Shown here: piece after piece, positions 8,801-16,752 of the stretch
Layout of the letters: every line of letters starts with the position of its first letter
Numbering within the stretch: the stretch's first letter is position 1
Assembly (NCBI GenBank): GCA_964556355.1
Contig: CAZKYJ010000001.1
Span: 1 to 38,357, forward strand
From: an uncultured Verrucomicrobiales bacterium
GTDB lineage: Bacteria > Verrucomicrobiota > Verrucomicrobiia > Verrucomicrobiales > DEV007
Direction: 5' to 3'
DNA length: 38,357 nt
The notes under the pieces: model-generated
What the model was told of the DNA's origin: nothing
The model's input: the letters and a program-made list of their open reading frames with translations, nothing else
The model's database searches: none
Position numbers and translations under genes: made by a program

Positions 8801-11771
8801 GCTCTTTCCATACGCTTTCAAACTCCGGCGCATTCCGGTAGCGCACGACGTTCTCGGAAAGGCGCTCCTGAACCGTGTTGATCGTGCGGCGCACCACTTC
8901 GACGTCCGCCTCCGCCCCGGGTGCACCCACTTTGTCCTCGGCGGTGATGGTGGTCAGGCGCACGGGCAGGCCGGTCTCACCGACCGCGCGAGTCTTCGCC
9001 TCGAGGGCGAGCGCTCTCTCGGGGAACTGCACCCGCTGCTGGGCGGCGGCGCGCCGGGTCTGACCGGCGACCGTGGTGAGGTCGACCGTCCAAAAGACCT
9101 GCGCCCGGTGCGAGCGCCCGAGGTTCGGAAACGGGCATTCACTCCGCAGCGTCACCGTGCCGTCTTCTCCGACGACCGCTTCCCCCCGGTCGGGGTGGGA
9201 GGACGGGATGGCGAGCCCCTGGGCCAAGTTTTGTGCCAGGCGTCCGCCGGAGAGGATCTTCATGCTCGCCAGCACACCCTCCATGCCCTGCTTGCTCGCC
9301 GGCTCGGAATAGCGGTCGTCAAAGGCGAACTTTCCCCAGTCGATCCACGATCCGCCGAAGTCGCCGATCTCGAACGGGTCGTCCGCGGGCGTGTGGTGCC
9401 GGAATCCGCTCTCTTCCGAATGGTATCCATCGCCTCCACCGAGTGAATAGTCGGGGACGAAGGCGGGCAGCCAGTCCTGCATGACCCATTCGGCGGTGTA
9501 CTTCAGTGTCGCATCGCGGTTGGCGCTGCCGTGAAAGAAAAACGAAGTCACCGTGGCTTCCGCCACCGTGCCGGTGGTCGTCGCGGCTGCCAGATCCATC
9601 GAAAACGTCGGGGGACGGAACTCGGCCACGTCCACCGTGAGGGTATGCAACCAACCCCCTTCGCCGTCGGTCAGCGCGAACGAGATCCGGCTCGGAACAA
9701 GATTGGCCGGGATCGGCCAGACGAGGCTTCCGCTCCCGGAGGCGTCGATGCCAATCGGCTGCTCTTCCGCGTATTCTTCCCCGACCTCGATCGAGATTCC
9801 AAATTCAGTTCCTTCCGCAGGGATGGTGAGCTGATCGCCGATACGTCTGCGCACAACAGCATAAATATGGACATCTTCGCCGGGTTCGTAGAGATCGCCG
9901 TTGGTCATGAGGAGTGCATCGTAGCCGTCCCTCTCTCCGATCCCTCCCCAGCGGATGCTGGAAGCGGGGTAGTCGCCCTCTTGGAGACACCGTCCCAGCG
10001 CATTCCCCGCGAGGAGAAAGGCCGGTTCTTCACCCTCCCGCCGCAGGACGCCGAACCGCGCCAGCCCCTCGTTATCGGTGGTGGCCTCGTCGAGGAGGCG
10101 GCCATCCTCCGCGTAGGCCTGCACCGAAACATCCGCCGCCGCCGTGCCGTCGGCGAGCTGGGAAAGTCGGACGCCTGCTCCCGATTCCTCCCCGGTCGCA
10201 ATGAAGTTCATGAACCAGTCCGAGAGCGAGATGAGCGAGCGGTTCCCGCAAGGGCGACCATCGACCCCCCGTCCGACCACCTCGAGTAGATAGAGCCCGG
10301 CCACCTGACCGCCCGCGTCAGGCTTCCATCGGACGCGCCGGGTCGACTCGTCGTTGCCGGGGGCTGCCGGGAACGAATCGCTGGCCACCGCCCGGAGGCC
10401 GAGCGCCGGGATGAGCTCGTCGGTCGCCGCGAACTGTAGGGTGCCGTCGCGCGGGTCGAGCAGGTGGCCGCCCGCATCGCTCAACGCCGGCTCCGCAAAC
10501 TCCCGGAGACGGACTTTGACCTCCGACACCGACCCGGCGGGCACCTCGGCCAGCGTCCAGGTCAGGGCGCCGGTCCGGCTGTGCGAAACGGCGACGTCGA
10601 CCCCGGAGGCAAACGGTTGGGCGATGAAATCGGCCGGCATGATGACGCTGGCCCGGCGCTCCGGAATGCTCAGCGGCCATGACTGCGGTCCCGTGGTCGC
10701 GATCCCTCCGAGCGACCGGATCCCGTCGTCGACGTTGAGGATGTATTCGGTTCCCTCTTCGAACTCTCCCTCCAGGACGGCGATGCTGTGGTCGGCACGC
10801 ACCGTCAGCCCGCCGACCGGGGGGGTGATCGTAAAACTCGCCGCGTCGAGTGCCCGGGGGTCGAGGCGGGCATTAAAGAACGCGCGGGCGAAGATCCCGG
10901 TTCGGGGTTGGTTGTAGGCACGGGCGAAGACGTTCTCGAACGGGGCACAGTAGCCCGCCGGATAGACGCGCAGGAAGTCCGTATCGTAGTCGCCGGTGGC
11001 GGCTCCCAGGCGCTCGACGACCAGCCAGTAGTGGCGTCCGGTCGGTAGGGGCGCCACCGGTTGTACAAAGACGAGACCCTGCGGTTTGCCGGTCTGCCAT
11101 TCGTCCAAACAGGCGACGACCGGATGGCGCTCGCGCGATTCGGTATCGACGAAGGCGACGCGGCCGGCAATCTCCGAGGGAAACACGTCGCGGCTGAACT
11201 GCAGCCGGGCGCGGGGCTGAACGGGAAGGTGCTGGTCGATCGTCAGTACCTGCGTGTCTCGCCGGTCGGCGTTGAAGAGTTTCACCCCGACGATCCCAAA
11301 ATCCTCGGAGGCGAACTCGGCGCCCCAACCGTCCGGGTTCACGAGATCGCCCGCCCGGTCGACGAGCCCGTCCCGCAGGGTCAGGCGGTAGGCGATCTCT
11401 GGGAAGGCGTGCTCGAAGTAGATCATCCCGCGCCGGGGCGAGATCCAGCGGAACTTGAACCCCGGATCCGGTTCCAGGACCACCGGGGGAACAGCGGCCG
11501 CCGCTTCCTCGTCCCAGCGGTCGTCCGAGCCGACCATAGCGGGATCGACCATGTCGGTGGGGAAGGTGATGAACCGGTCTTCCCACCACGGGCCGAGCGT
11601 CCCGCGGGTCTGCGAGAGCTTGATGTCCGATCCCTCGGACGAAAGTGGGGCGTGGGGGGTTGGATCGACGGATCCGCCACCGGAGTCGGCGGTGTCGGGT
11701 GCCCGTTCGCAGCCCGCGGGAGCGAGTGCGATGAGCAGGGCCAGCAGGTGGAGAACGGAGGGCGATTTCAT
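5781..11771 (-). CDS. Bacterial alpha-2-macroglobulin family lipoprotein (1996 aa), apparently without a thioester
   Basis: A lipoprotein signal with lipobox is present (LLALLIALAPAGC). A2M/MG-domain signatures include AEFRPPTF, PRPLWLTSVQTDAQGRAPFSFEAPDSLTSYRVAALA, NPLRVEPFLPQFVREGDDLIL and the C-terminal DFVVLEEQLPAALETLNP. Its position immediately upstream of pbpC matches yfhM-pbpC. None of its 8 Cys residues lies in a CxEQ context. Confidence 0.9.
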   Translation of the reverse strand: MKSPSVLHLLALLIALAPAGCERAPDTADSGGGSVDPTPHAPLSSEGSDIKLSQTRGTLGPWWEDRFITFPTDMVDPAMVGSDDRWDEEAAAAVPPVVLEPDPGFKFRWISPRRGMIYFEHAFPEIAYRLTLRDGLVDRAGDLVNPDGWGAEFASEDFGIVGVKLFNADRRDTQVLTIDQHLPVQPRARLQFSRDVFPSEIAGRVAFVDTESRERHPVVACLDEWQTGKPQGLVFVQPVAPLPTGRHYWLVVERLGAATGDYDTDFLRVYPAGYCAPFENVFARAYNQPRTGIFARAFFNARLDPRALDAASFTITPPVGGLTVRADHSIAVLEGEFEEGTEYILNVDDGIRSLGGIATTGPQSWPLSIPERRASVIMPADFIAQPFASGVDVAVSHSRTGALTWTLAEVPAGSVSEVKVRLREFAEPALSDAGGHLLDPRDGTLQFAATDELIPALGLRAVASDSFPAAPGNDESTRRVRWKPDAGGQVAGLYLLEVVGRGVDGRPCGNRSLISLSDWFMNFIATGEESGAGVRLSQLADGTAAADVSVQAYAEDGRLLDEATTDNEGLARFGVLRREGEEPAFLLAGNALGRCLQEGDYPASSIRWGGIGERDGYDALLMTNGDLYEPGEDVHIYAVVRRRIGDQLTIPAEGTEFGISIEVGEEYAEEQPIGIDASGSGSLVWPIPANLVPSRISFALTDGEGGWLHTLTVDVAEFRPPTFSMDLAAATTTGTVAEATVTSFFFHGSANRDATLKYTAEWVMQDWLPAFVPDYSLGGGDGYHSEESGFRHHTPADDPFEIGDFGGSWIDWGKFAFDDRYSEPASKQGMEGVLASMKILSGGRLAQNLAQGLAIPSSHPDRGEAVVGEDGTVTLRSECPFPNLGRSHRAQVFWTVDLTTVAGQTRRAAAQQRVQFPERALALEAKTRAVGETGLPVRLTTITAEDKVGAPGAEADVEVVRRTINTVQERLSENVVRYRNAPEFESVWKERLELPFEGVLPSGAPGDYVVVAVPVESPHAQPVSAAFPGVLQRSDMVVLNDFSFEAELVDDRVAVGDTAVIAVGTPFAGAIRVTVETDDLLETLPLVQLPGTSGRIEVPVRKDYFPNAFLRLHLMGAPGAGGAPAERFAVVPLAVRDPAIELAVTPVLDSPQSRVREPVTGHVLVEAEGQPVAGAEVVVFAIDDAVLSLGNWELPDTTKPFYPERYHRVITNAALGKQWTAAEADVLSQFEKGYILGSGREKTLIPTVIIRENENPRPLWLTSVQTDAQGRAPFSFEAPDSLTSYRVAALAHTTSTQIGAGETSVPVSNPLRVEPFLPQFVREGDDLILRCQITQEAAPNLPVRFSVEVEGAATLVDGGSQALALAQGESEVATARIKVGKAGVGTTLRLVFQAIASDGAALSDGAAVTLDVLPRFTERTEIATGELAPPATWDDVSSAPARWSAQPDGSVDIMVSGTRWLAQIATFSPGSGEGIAMADLASSALAPYLVPHLAAYLPWASTGDSSPDGLPSWVLAQATRDAAVAADLVEESIIPAGAAGWLPQFPGGDEPDDPATALVSWAISLAKSGEPLDDDMGYDEDGNTGPPVRTSVWSERLLTKLAYWRDDPVSIGARSGDLPQAIPFVRAAALLATATGRRPGRYYYSPSNGDLHVAARALFARRDESLGLEGRCFLALAIPQVDALDAGEELPRGPVLADAEWATLTQEIEGAPLPDGLDPVTLGTPQRAAAIRLLTLGALYAQEVGASESLRSDRLAEALLIDDRPLTAQENIWRLLAADTYLQLEDPARLADAGVGRDDYVASPNGVTRGWLRHPAANLNADFSSGLRTNVPAYWLLRATYRAAIAEPVGSADLAMTREVYSHNEPGRDGSAGTPFKVGDYVMLNYRITSDRPRDFVVLEEQLPAALETLNPDLPAVQKAFAIPAKPTDAKLGHADYGAQRIRLTFASLPAGESTYSVLTQVVAGGTFSWPAARASLLYDQRLAATTADVQILAVP

Positions 11772-11792
11772 GGGCGGCTCGGCTAAATCTGG

Positions 11793-14700
11793 TCATCCCC
11801 GGTCGCGGAGGCGTCGCGCCGTCTGCTCATCCGTCTCGGCCTCGTTCGTCCGGCCGAGCTTCCGGAGGAATTTGGCGCGAAGCTCGTGGTAGTAGGCGTT
11901 CTGCACGGCGGAGATGGCCTGACTGATGGCATTGACCGCGGCCTCGGAATTCCCCAGCCCGAACTCTGCCTGCGCCCGGATCTCAAAATGCTCGATCCAG
12001 TTCGGGTTCAGCCCGAACAGCGTCTGCGAGATCTCCAGCGCCTCGGAGAATCTCTCCTGCCCCAGCAGGTGGGTTCCGCGCCAGTAATTCGCCGCGTAGT
12101 CGCTCGGGGCGATGGCGAGCGCCGCCTCAGCGTCGGCGAGACCGAAGTTCCACTGGATGAAGTAGTACCAATTCCGGGAGCGATCGACGAGCGTGGCGAC
12201 CGAGTTCGGGGTGATTTGCGCCACCTTGTCGAGCGTGAGCAACTCCATCAACACGTTCCAATCGCGGTTCACCCATTCTTCGAAGCCGGCATCGGCATAG
12301 CTGAACGCGAGGAGGCTCACGACCCGGTTGCCCTCGGGGGCGGGCATGTTCGCCCGCTGGCGGGCGATCGCCCGGAAGAACTCGACGACCGTCGATTTTC
12401 CGTTCATGATTTTTCCTGCCTTTTCGATGTCGGCGAGGGCTTGCTCCGGTCGTCCGACCACGAGGAGGACGCGGGCGCGCTCCATCCACGGCTCGGGCGA
12501 AGATTTGGCGGATTCTTCGGCCAGTGCCGCCGTCGCGGATTCCAGCTCCCCACGGTGGGCGAGCAGCCGCTGGAGCGGGGGGCCGAGATCGATGACTTCG
12601 TCGAGATCCGGGTCGGCATCCCGCGCCTCTTGGTAGTCCTTTTCTGCGAGGTCGAGTTTCAGCAACTCCATGCGTGCCCGCGCCCGGCGGATTTTGGCCA
12701 CGGCGTTGTCTTCCCAGGACCAGCTGTTATTGACCAGTCGCTCCAGCTCCGCCCATTTTTCGTTCTCCAAATAGTGGCCGGAGACGCGTTGCAGGAGGCC
12801 GCGTCGCGTCGTGTCATCGAGATCCGGGGTGAGCAGGTATTTCGTCCACGAGGCAATGGCCTCTTCAGCGTTTCCCTTCTTCCATTGGATCTGCGCCTCC
12901 AGGTTGAGCAGCTCGTTCCTCGGAAGCCCGCGCCGCTTCCACTGCGTGAAATAGTCGGCGATCGCGGCCGCGTGCTCCTCCGCGCTGCGCGGGCTGCTCT
13001 CGTCGTGCACCGACGCGATCACGAGGGCGCGGAAGGCCTCGGCGTTCTCCGGATCCAGCGCGAGGATTCGCCGGGCGATCTCCGCCACCGCCAGCGCCGG
13101 GAACGTGTCCGGCTGCCGCCCTGCCGGACGCTCTTCCCACACGCTCGTCGCGAGTGCGGTCAGGGCTGGGGCAAGCTGTTCCTCCAGGTCGTTGAGTTCG
13201 GCATCGCGTGTCACGATGGATTCGACCGCCTCCTCGACCTCCTTCTCCCGCTGCGCATTCCAGACCAACGCGCCCACCACCGCCGCGACCGCCGCCCCGG
13301 CCACCACCGACCGCGTCTTGCCCCGCGTCCCTGCCGTGCGGATCGATGTCCTGACAAACTCGCGCTCCAGCTCATCGAGATCATCCGCCTCGGCCGCCAG
13401 GGAGCGTGCATCTTTCAACCGTTCGCCGCGGTCCCAGAGGAAGGCCGCCGCCCGCCCCCGTTCCTGCCAATCGGTCGCGCTCGTGGCCGCCGCCGCCCGC
13501 AGCGTGAGGAATGCGCGGTTCGCCTCGATCGCTTCGGCCAGCGCCGTCCACTTCCGCAGTAGCGCTTCGTGGGTCACGTAAACGACCCCGCCGTTCCCGT
13601 CGCCCGCCGTCCTGGTCAAGAGCCGACCGTCCACCAGCGCATCGACCAGCTTGCCGAGCCCGTCCTTGTCCGCCTGGAATAACGCCAGCGGGGCCGACCG
13701 CCGCAGCGCTGGGCTTTCCTTGCCCCGCCCCAGCGTCACCAGCGCCCGCGCCAGCTGTGCCAGCGGGTCGCGCACCGACGGGTTCGCCTCCACGAACATT
13801 TGGTAGATCGCCTCCGCACGCTCTTTGACCGCGCCCTCCAGACCGCCCAGCGCGTCGAGCTGCGCGTGCGTCATCACCTGCACCCCATCGACGGACTCGC
13901 GGCGGGCGTAGAGTTCCTGCAGGACGAAGCTCAACAAGGGCAACCCGTCAGGAGAGGAGCGCGCGTCCCGCAGGAGCCGCGCTTCCAGCCGGTCGCCCGT
14001 CGCCGGATCCTCTTCAAAATAGACCCCCGCCGCCCGTGCCGGCATCCGGATCATCAGGTCGAGATCCGTCTCGGTTGGCGGGAGTAGCGCCACCTGCCCG
14101 CCCTGCGCCAGCTCGGCCAGCTCCGGGAGGTCCTCGGTGAAAGTCGCGAGCTGGTCGCTGCGGATCGTCGCCACGATCCAGATGACCCCCGAGCGCGCCA
14201 GCAGCGCGAGCACGGCGGCGAACGCTTTGCGCTGATCGTGCGGGAACCGGCGGTCGTCCGAGAAAACCTGCTCCAGCTGGTCGACCAGCAGCACCAGCTT
14301 CGTCGGCGGCGGCTGCGGGAGCGCCTCGTGTTCCGCCACCTCTTGCGCCGCCATCCCCAAGGCCTCCGCCATCGGCGCGATGGCACCTTCCGGGTTTTCC
14401 AACCACCGTTTGACCAATCTGTCCGCGTCCAGGCCCAGCCGCCGCAGCCCCGGTAAGGCCCCCTCCGCCGTCAGGCTCGCGGCCAGCGCCGGCACCAGGT
14501 CGTCGCCCGTGGCTCCCGGCGTCATCGTCGCCACCCGCCAGCATCCCACCCCCTCGATCGCGCAGCTGGTGTGCGTCATCATCGGGATCACCCCCGCCCG
14601 CAGCAGCGACGACTTTCCGCTCCCACTGGCGCCGTGCACCAGCGTGAACGTCCGCCCCGCATCCGCCTGCTGGCGCATCGCGGTCAGCACGTCCTCGATC

Positions 14701-15452
14701 GCCTGCGAACGCCCGAAAAAAATGTCCGCATCGGCGAAGTCGTAGGCCGCCAGCCCCCGGAACGGGTTCTCGCCATGGTAGGTCACCGGCAGCGCCCCCG
14801 CCGGCGCCGCCACCCCCGCGCTCTCGATATGCTGGACGATCAGCTTGCGCAGCGGGCGCTCGAGCTTCGTCTCAAACTGCCCCAGCGCGCTGTATTCGTT
14901 GATCGCCGCCTTGAAGGTCGAGTCCTCATCGTAGAACCACTTTTGGATAAATGCATTGAGCGCCGCCAGTTGCTCCGCGCGCCGGGCCGCCTCCGCCGGG
15001 TCGTTCACCGGCATCGGTACCGCCTGCGTCCGCCGGTAGACCATGATGTCAGGCGCCTTCCGCGCCAGGTACGACTCCACGGCAGTCTCGATCTCGTAAG
15101 CCGTGCCCGACGGGTAGGGCTCGCCGTTCCGCCGCTTGAACCGCCGGCTCAGCATCGTCCCCAGCCGCGCCCACAGGATGCACACCACGATATCGAACTC
15201 CGCCGTCGGCGGGATATTCTCGGGATCCGCGAAGCTCGCCGTCGCCCGCATCGGCTCGTGCTCCCAAAAGAACGCATCCAGCTTCGCCCGCCCCGCATAC
15301 TCGAGCCGCAATCGTTCGATGATCCGCTCCGCGCAGATCCTCTCCATCGCCACGTCCCCCGGCGACGAAACAAATATGCGAATTTTCACCATGATATGCC
15401 CCGCCAGCCTACCCGGATCGCCCTGCGCCTGTAAACCGAAAACGCCGAACAA
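11793..15452 (-). CDS. Membrane-spanning STAND (nSTAND-type) P-loop NTPase with a TIR-like/DUF4062-like N-terminal domain and a C-terminal TPR array
   Basis: The ORF is 1219 aa, and the likelier start is the Met at 15392 (MVKIRIFVSSPGDVAMER...). The N-terminal ~170 aa show IFVSSPGDVxxER ... DIVVCILWARLGT ... PSGTAYEIETA ... DIMVYRR, a TIR-like/DUF4062-like pattern. This is followed by NPFRGLAAYDFADADIFFGR, Walker A LVHGASGSGKSSLLRAGVIP, Walker B KLVLLVDQLEQVF and the nSTAND hallmark VTHEALLRKWTAL. Next come a single hydrophobic helix SVVAGAAVAAVVGALVW and about 490 aa of helical TPR-like repeats. Confidence 0.8.
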   Translation of the reverse strand: MFGVFGLQAQGDPGRLAGHIMVKIRIFVSSPGDVAMERICAERIIERLRLEYAGRAKLDAFFWEHEPMRATASFADPENIPPTAEFDIVVCILWARLGTMLSRRFKRRNGEPYPSGTAYEIETAVESYLARKAPDIMVYRRTQAVPMPVNDPAEAARRAEQLAALNAFIQKWFYDEDSTFKAAINEYSALGQFETKLERPLRKLIVQHIESAGVAAPAGALPVTYHGENPFRGLAAYDFADADIFFGRSQAIEDVLTAMRQQADAGRTFTLVHGASGSGKSSLLRAGVIPMMTHTSCAIEGVGCWRVATMTPGATGDDLVPALAASLTAEGALPGLRRLGLDADRLVKRWLENPEGAIAPMAEALGMAAQEVAEHEALPQPPPTKLVLLVDQLEQVFSDDRRFPHDQRKAFAAVLALLARSGVIWIVATIRSDQLATFTEDLPELAELAQGGQVALLPPTETDLDLMIRMPARAAGVYFEEDPATGDRLEARLLRDARSSPDGLPLLSFVLQELYARRESVDGVQVMTHAQLDALGGLEGAVKERAEAIYQMFVEANPSVRDPLAQLARALVTLGRGKESPALRRSAPLALFQADKDGLGKLVDALVDGRLLTRTAGDGNGGVVYVTHEALLRKWTALAEAIEANRAFLTLRAAAATSATDWQERGRAAAFLWDRGERLKDARSLAAEADDLDELEREFVRTSIRTAGTRGKTRSVVAGAAVAAVVGALVWNAQREKEVEEAVESIVTRDAELNDLEEQLAPALTALATSVWEERPAGRQPDTFPALAVAEIARRILALDPENAEAFRALVIASVHDESSPRSAEEHAAAIADYFTQWKRRGLPRNELLNLEAQIQWKKGNAEEAIASWTKYLLTPDLDDTTRRGLLQRVSGHYLENEKWAELERLVNNSWSWEDNAVAKIRRARARMELLKLDLAEKDYQEARDADPDLDEVIDLGPPLQRLLAHRGELESATAALAEESAKSSPEPWMERARVLLVVGRPEQALADIEKAGKIMNGKSTVVEFFRAIARQRANMPAPEGNRVVSLLAFSYADAGFEEWVNRDWNVLMELLTLDKVAQITPNSVATLVDRSRNWYYFIQWNFGLADAEAALAIAPSDYAANYWRGTHLLGQERFSEALEISQTLFGLNPNWIEHFEIRAQAEFGLGNSEAAVNAISQAISAVQNAYYHELRAKFLRKLGRTNEAETDEQTARRLRDRG
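13260..13310 (-). other. Predicted single transmembrane helix of the STAND protein (SVVAGAAVAAVVGALVW)
   Basis: A 17-residue uncharged stretch is flanked by RTAGTRGKTR on the N-side and NAQREKEVEE on the C-side. By the positive-inside rule this places the NTPase in the cytoplasm and the TPR array outside. Confidence 0.6.
14607..14633 (-). other. Walker A / P-loop coding segment (GASGSGKSS) of the STAND NTPase
   Basis: The reverse complement reads ggc gcc agt ggg agc gga aag tcg tcg. Confidence 0.9.
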
Positions 15453-15630
15453 TCTCGCGTCCCCGCGGCGTGCCGGGGCCGAGCACGCAGGGGTCGCCGT
15501 TCTCGGCCCGATGGTAACAGGTGAACCGGGGGAGGGAAGGGATCATCCCTCGCGGCAACCCCGGGAGCGGCGGCCCGGCAGGCGTTCGCGAGTTGCGGGA
15601 GCGGTGCCGTCGATCCGCCCGTTCGAGCAG

Positions 15631-16476
15631 CTACGGATCGCCCGTTTCTTCGCATCCCATCACCATTGGGCGCGGGAGCGAGTCCAGCCCCATGACCCGC
15701 GCCAGGACGAGGGCGGTGAAGTAGCAAATACCCGCCGACCAGAGGACGTCGCTAGCGAAGTGCCCGCCCTGAGCGATCCGGGTGATCCCCAGAGCGATCC
15801 CGAGCGTGAGCGCGAGCGCCAGCGCCCACCATGCCCAGGGTTTGCCCAATGCGCGTCCGATGAAAAATAGGGCGAATAGGCAAAACCCCATCGACGCATG
15901 CCCGCTGGGGAACGACTTGCCGGGACTGGCCGGATCAAAGTGCCAAACCCGTTCGAAGCGCTCTTTCCCCCCGAAATCGGCGACGTCGCGGGGCCGGGGG
16001 CGTCCCCAGTGATCTTTGAATACGGCGTTGACGAGTAGGCCGGGGGCAATCGCGACTACGAGGACGAAGTAGGCCGCAATCTTTCGCCAGCGCCTCGCGG
16101 CTACCCACCACGGGCTCGCCAGCAGCACGCCGACGCCTGCCCAGGCGAGCGCTGCAGCCAGGAGTGTGCCGCGGTGGTAGACGAAGGAAAAGAACGGGGT
16201 GTCTGCCCAAGTCCCGCCGGCGACACCCGCACCCGGCAGGTAGAACCAACCCGAGAGCGCAAGATCCGCCCCCGTCATCGCGAAGACGATGGTCCCGATC
16301 GCTAGCAGGCACGCGGGAACCTTCACGAGCCAAAAGGCCCCTCCCCAGCGCCCCCGCGCGCCCCCGTCCACGTGCTGGTTCGCCTCGTCCGTCATCAATC
16401 GATCGAGCCAAAGAAGGAGCTGGCAGGCCGTCTTTGCAATCCGAGACCGAGAGCGGAGAGGCAGGCGCGATACCAC
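15631..16476 (-). CDS. PAP2-family membrane phosphatase (lipid/undecaprenyl-pyrophosphate phosphatase-like)
   Basis: The three acid-phosphatase motifs are present: KDHWGRPRPRD, FPSGHAS and RIAQGGHFASDVLWS. The protein has multiple TM segments. The start could be the internal Met at about 16395. Confidence 0.85.
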   Translation of the reverse strand: MVSRLPLRSRSRIAKTACQLLLWLDRLMTDEANQHVDGGARGRWGGAFWLVKVPACLLAIGTIVFAMTGADLALSGWFYLPGAGVAGGTWADTPFFSFVYHRGTLLAAALAWAGVGVLLASPWWVAARRWRKIAAYFVLVVAIAPGLLVNAVFKDHWGRPRPRDVADFGGKERFERVWHFDPASPGKSFPSGHASMGFCLFALFFIGRALGKPWAWWALALALTLGIALGITRIAQGGHFASDVLWSAGICYFTALVLARVMGLDSLPRPMVMGCEETGDP

Positions 16477-16752
16477 TCCGGTCGAAGGGTCCGAGCGAAT
16501 GGGGGAGGAGACCGCGATGACTCACCGCGCATGAGAACGATCGATTCGGGTATCCGGCAACCGAGGCTTGCGCGGTGCGCCGATTCCCGCCCCACCGGAA
16601 GCCTCACGGGGCTGGGCGGCGCTTGGGTACAACGCGATGTGGGCGCGTTGCCGAGGGTTGCAGCCGCGCTGATCGGACGCAGATTCTTCTCCTCGGGCCC
16701 GCCGAGTCCCCAGCCATCGATCGTGGGCCGGCGCGACGCGCGCACCGCGGAT

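Noticed and set aside
9940-9990. CLQE in the A2M protein (…GRCLQEGDY…), which resembles the CLEQ thioester motif
   Set aside because: The residue order is wrong (Q-E rather than E-Q). It also lies about 600 aa from the N-terminus in the MG-domain region, far from the TED-like region where the thioester belongs. The coordinates are approximate.
16372-16752. N-terminal extension of the P-loop kinase ORF
   Set aside because: The leader is Arg/Gly-rich and non-protein-like. The Walker A motif lies directly after the Met at 16753, as is typical for this kinase family.
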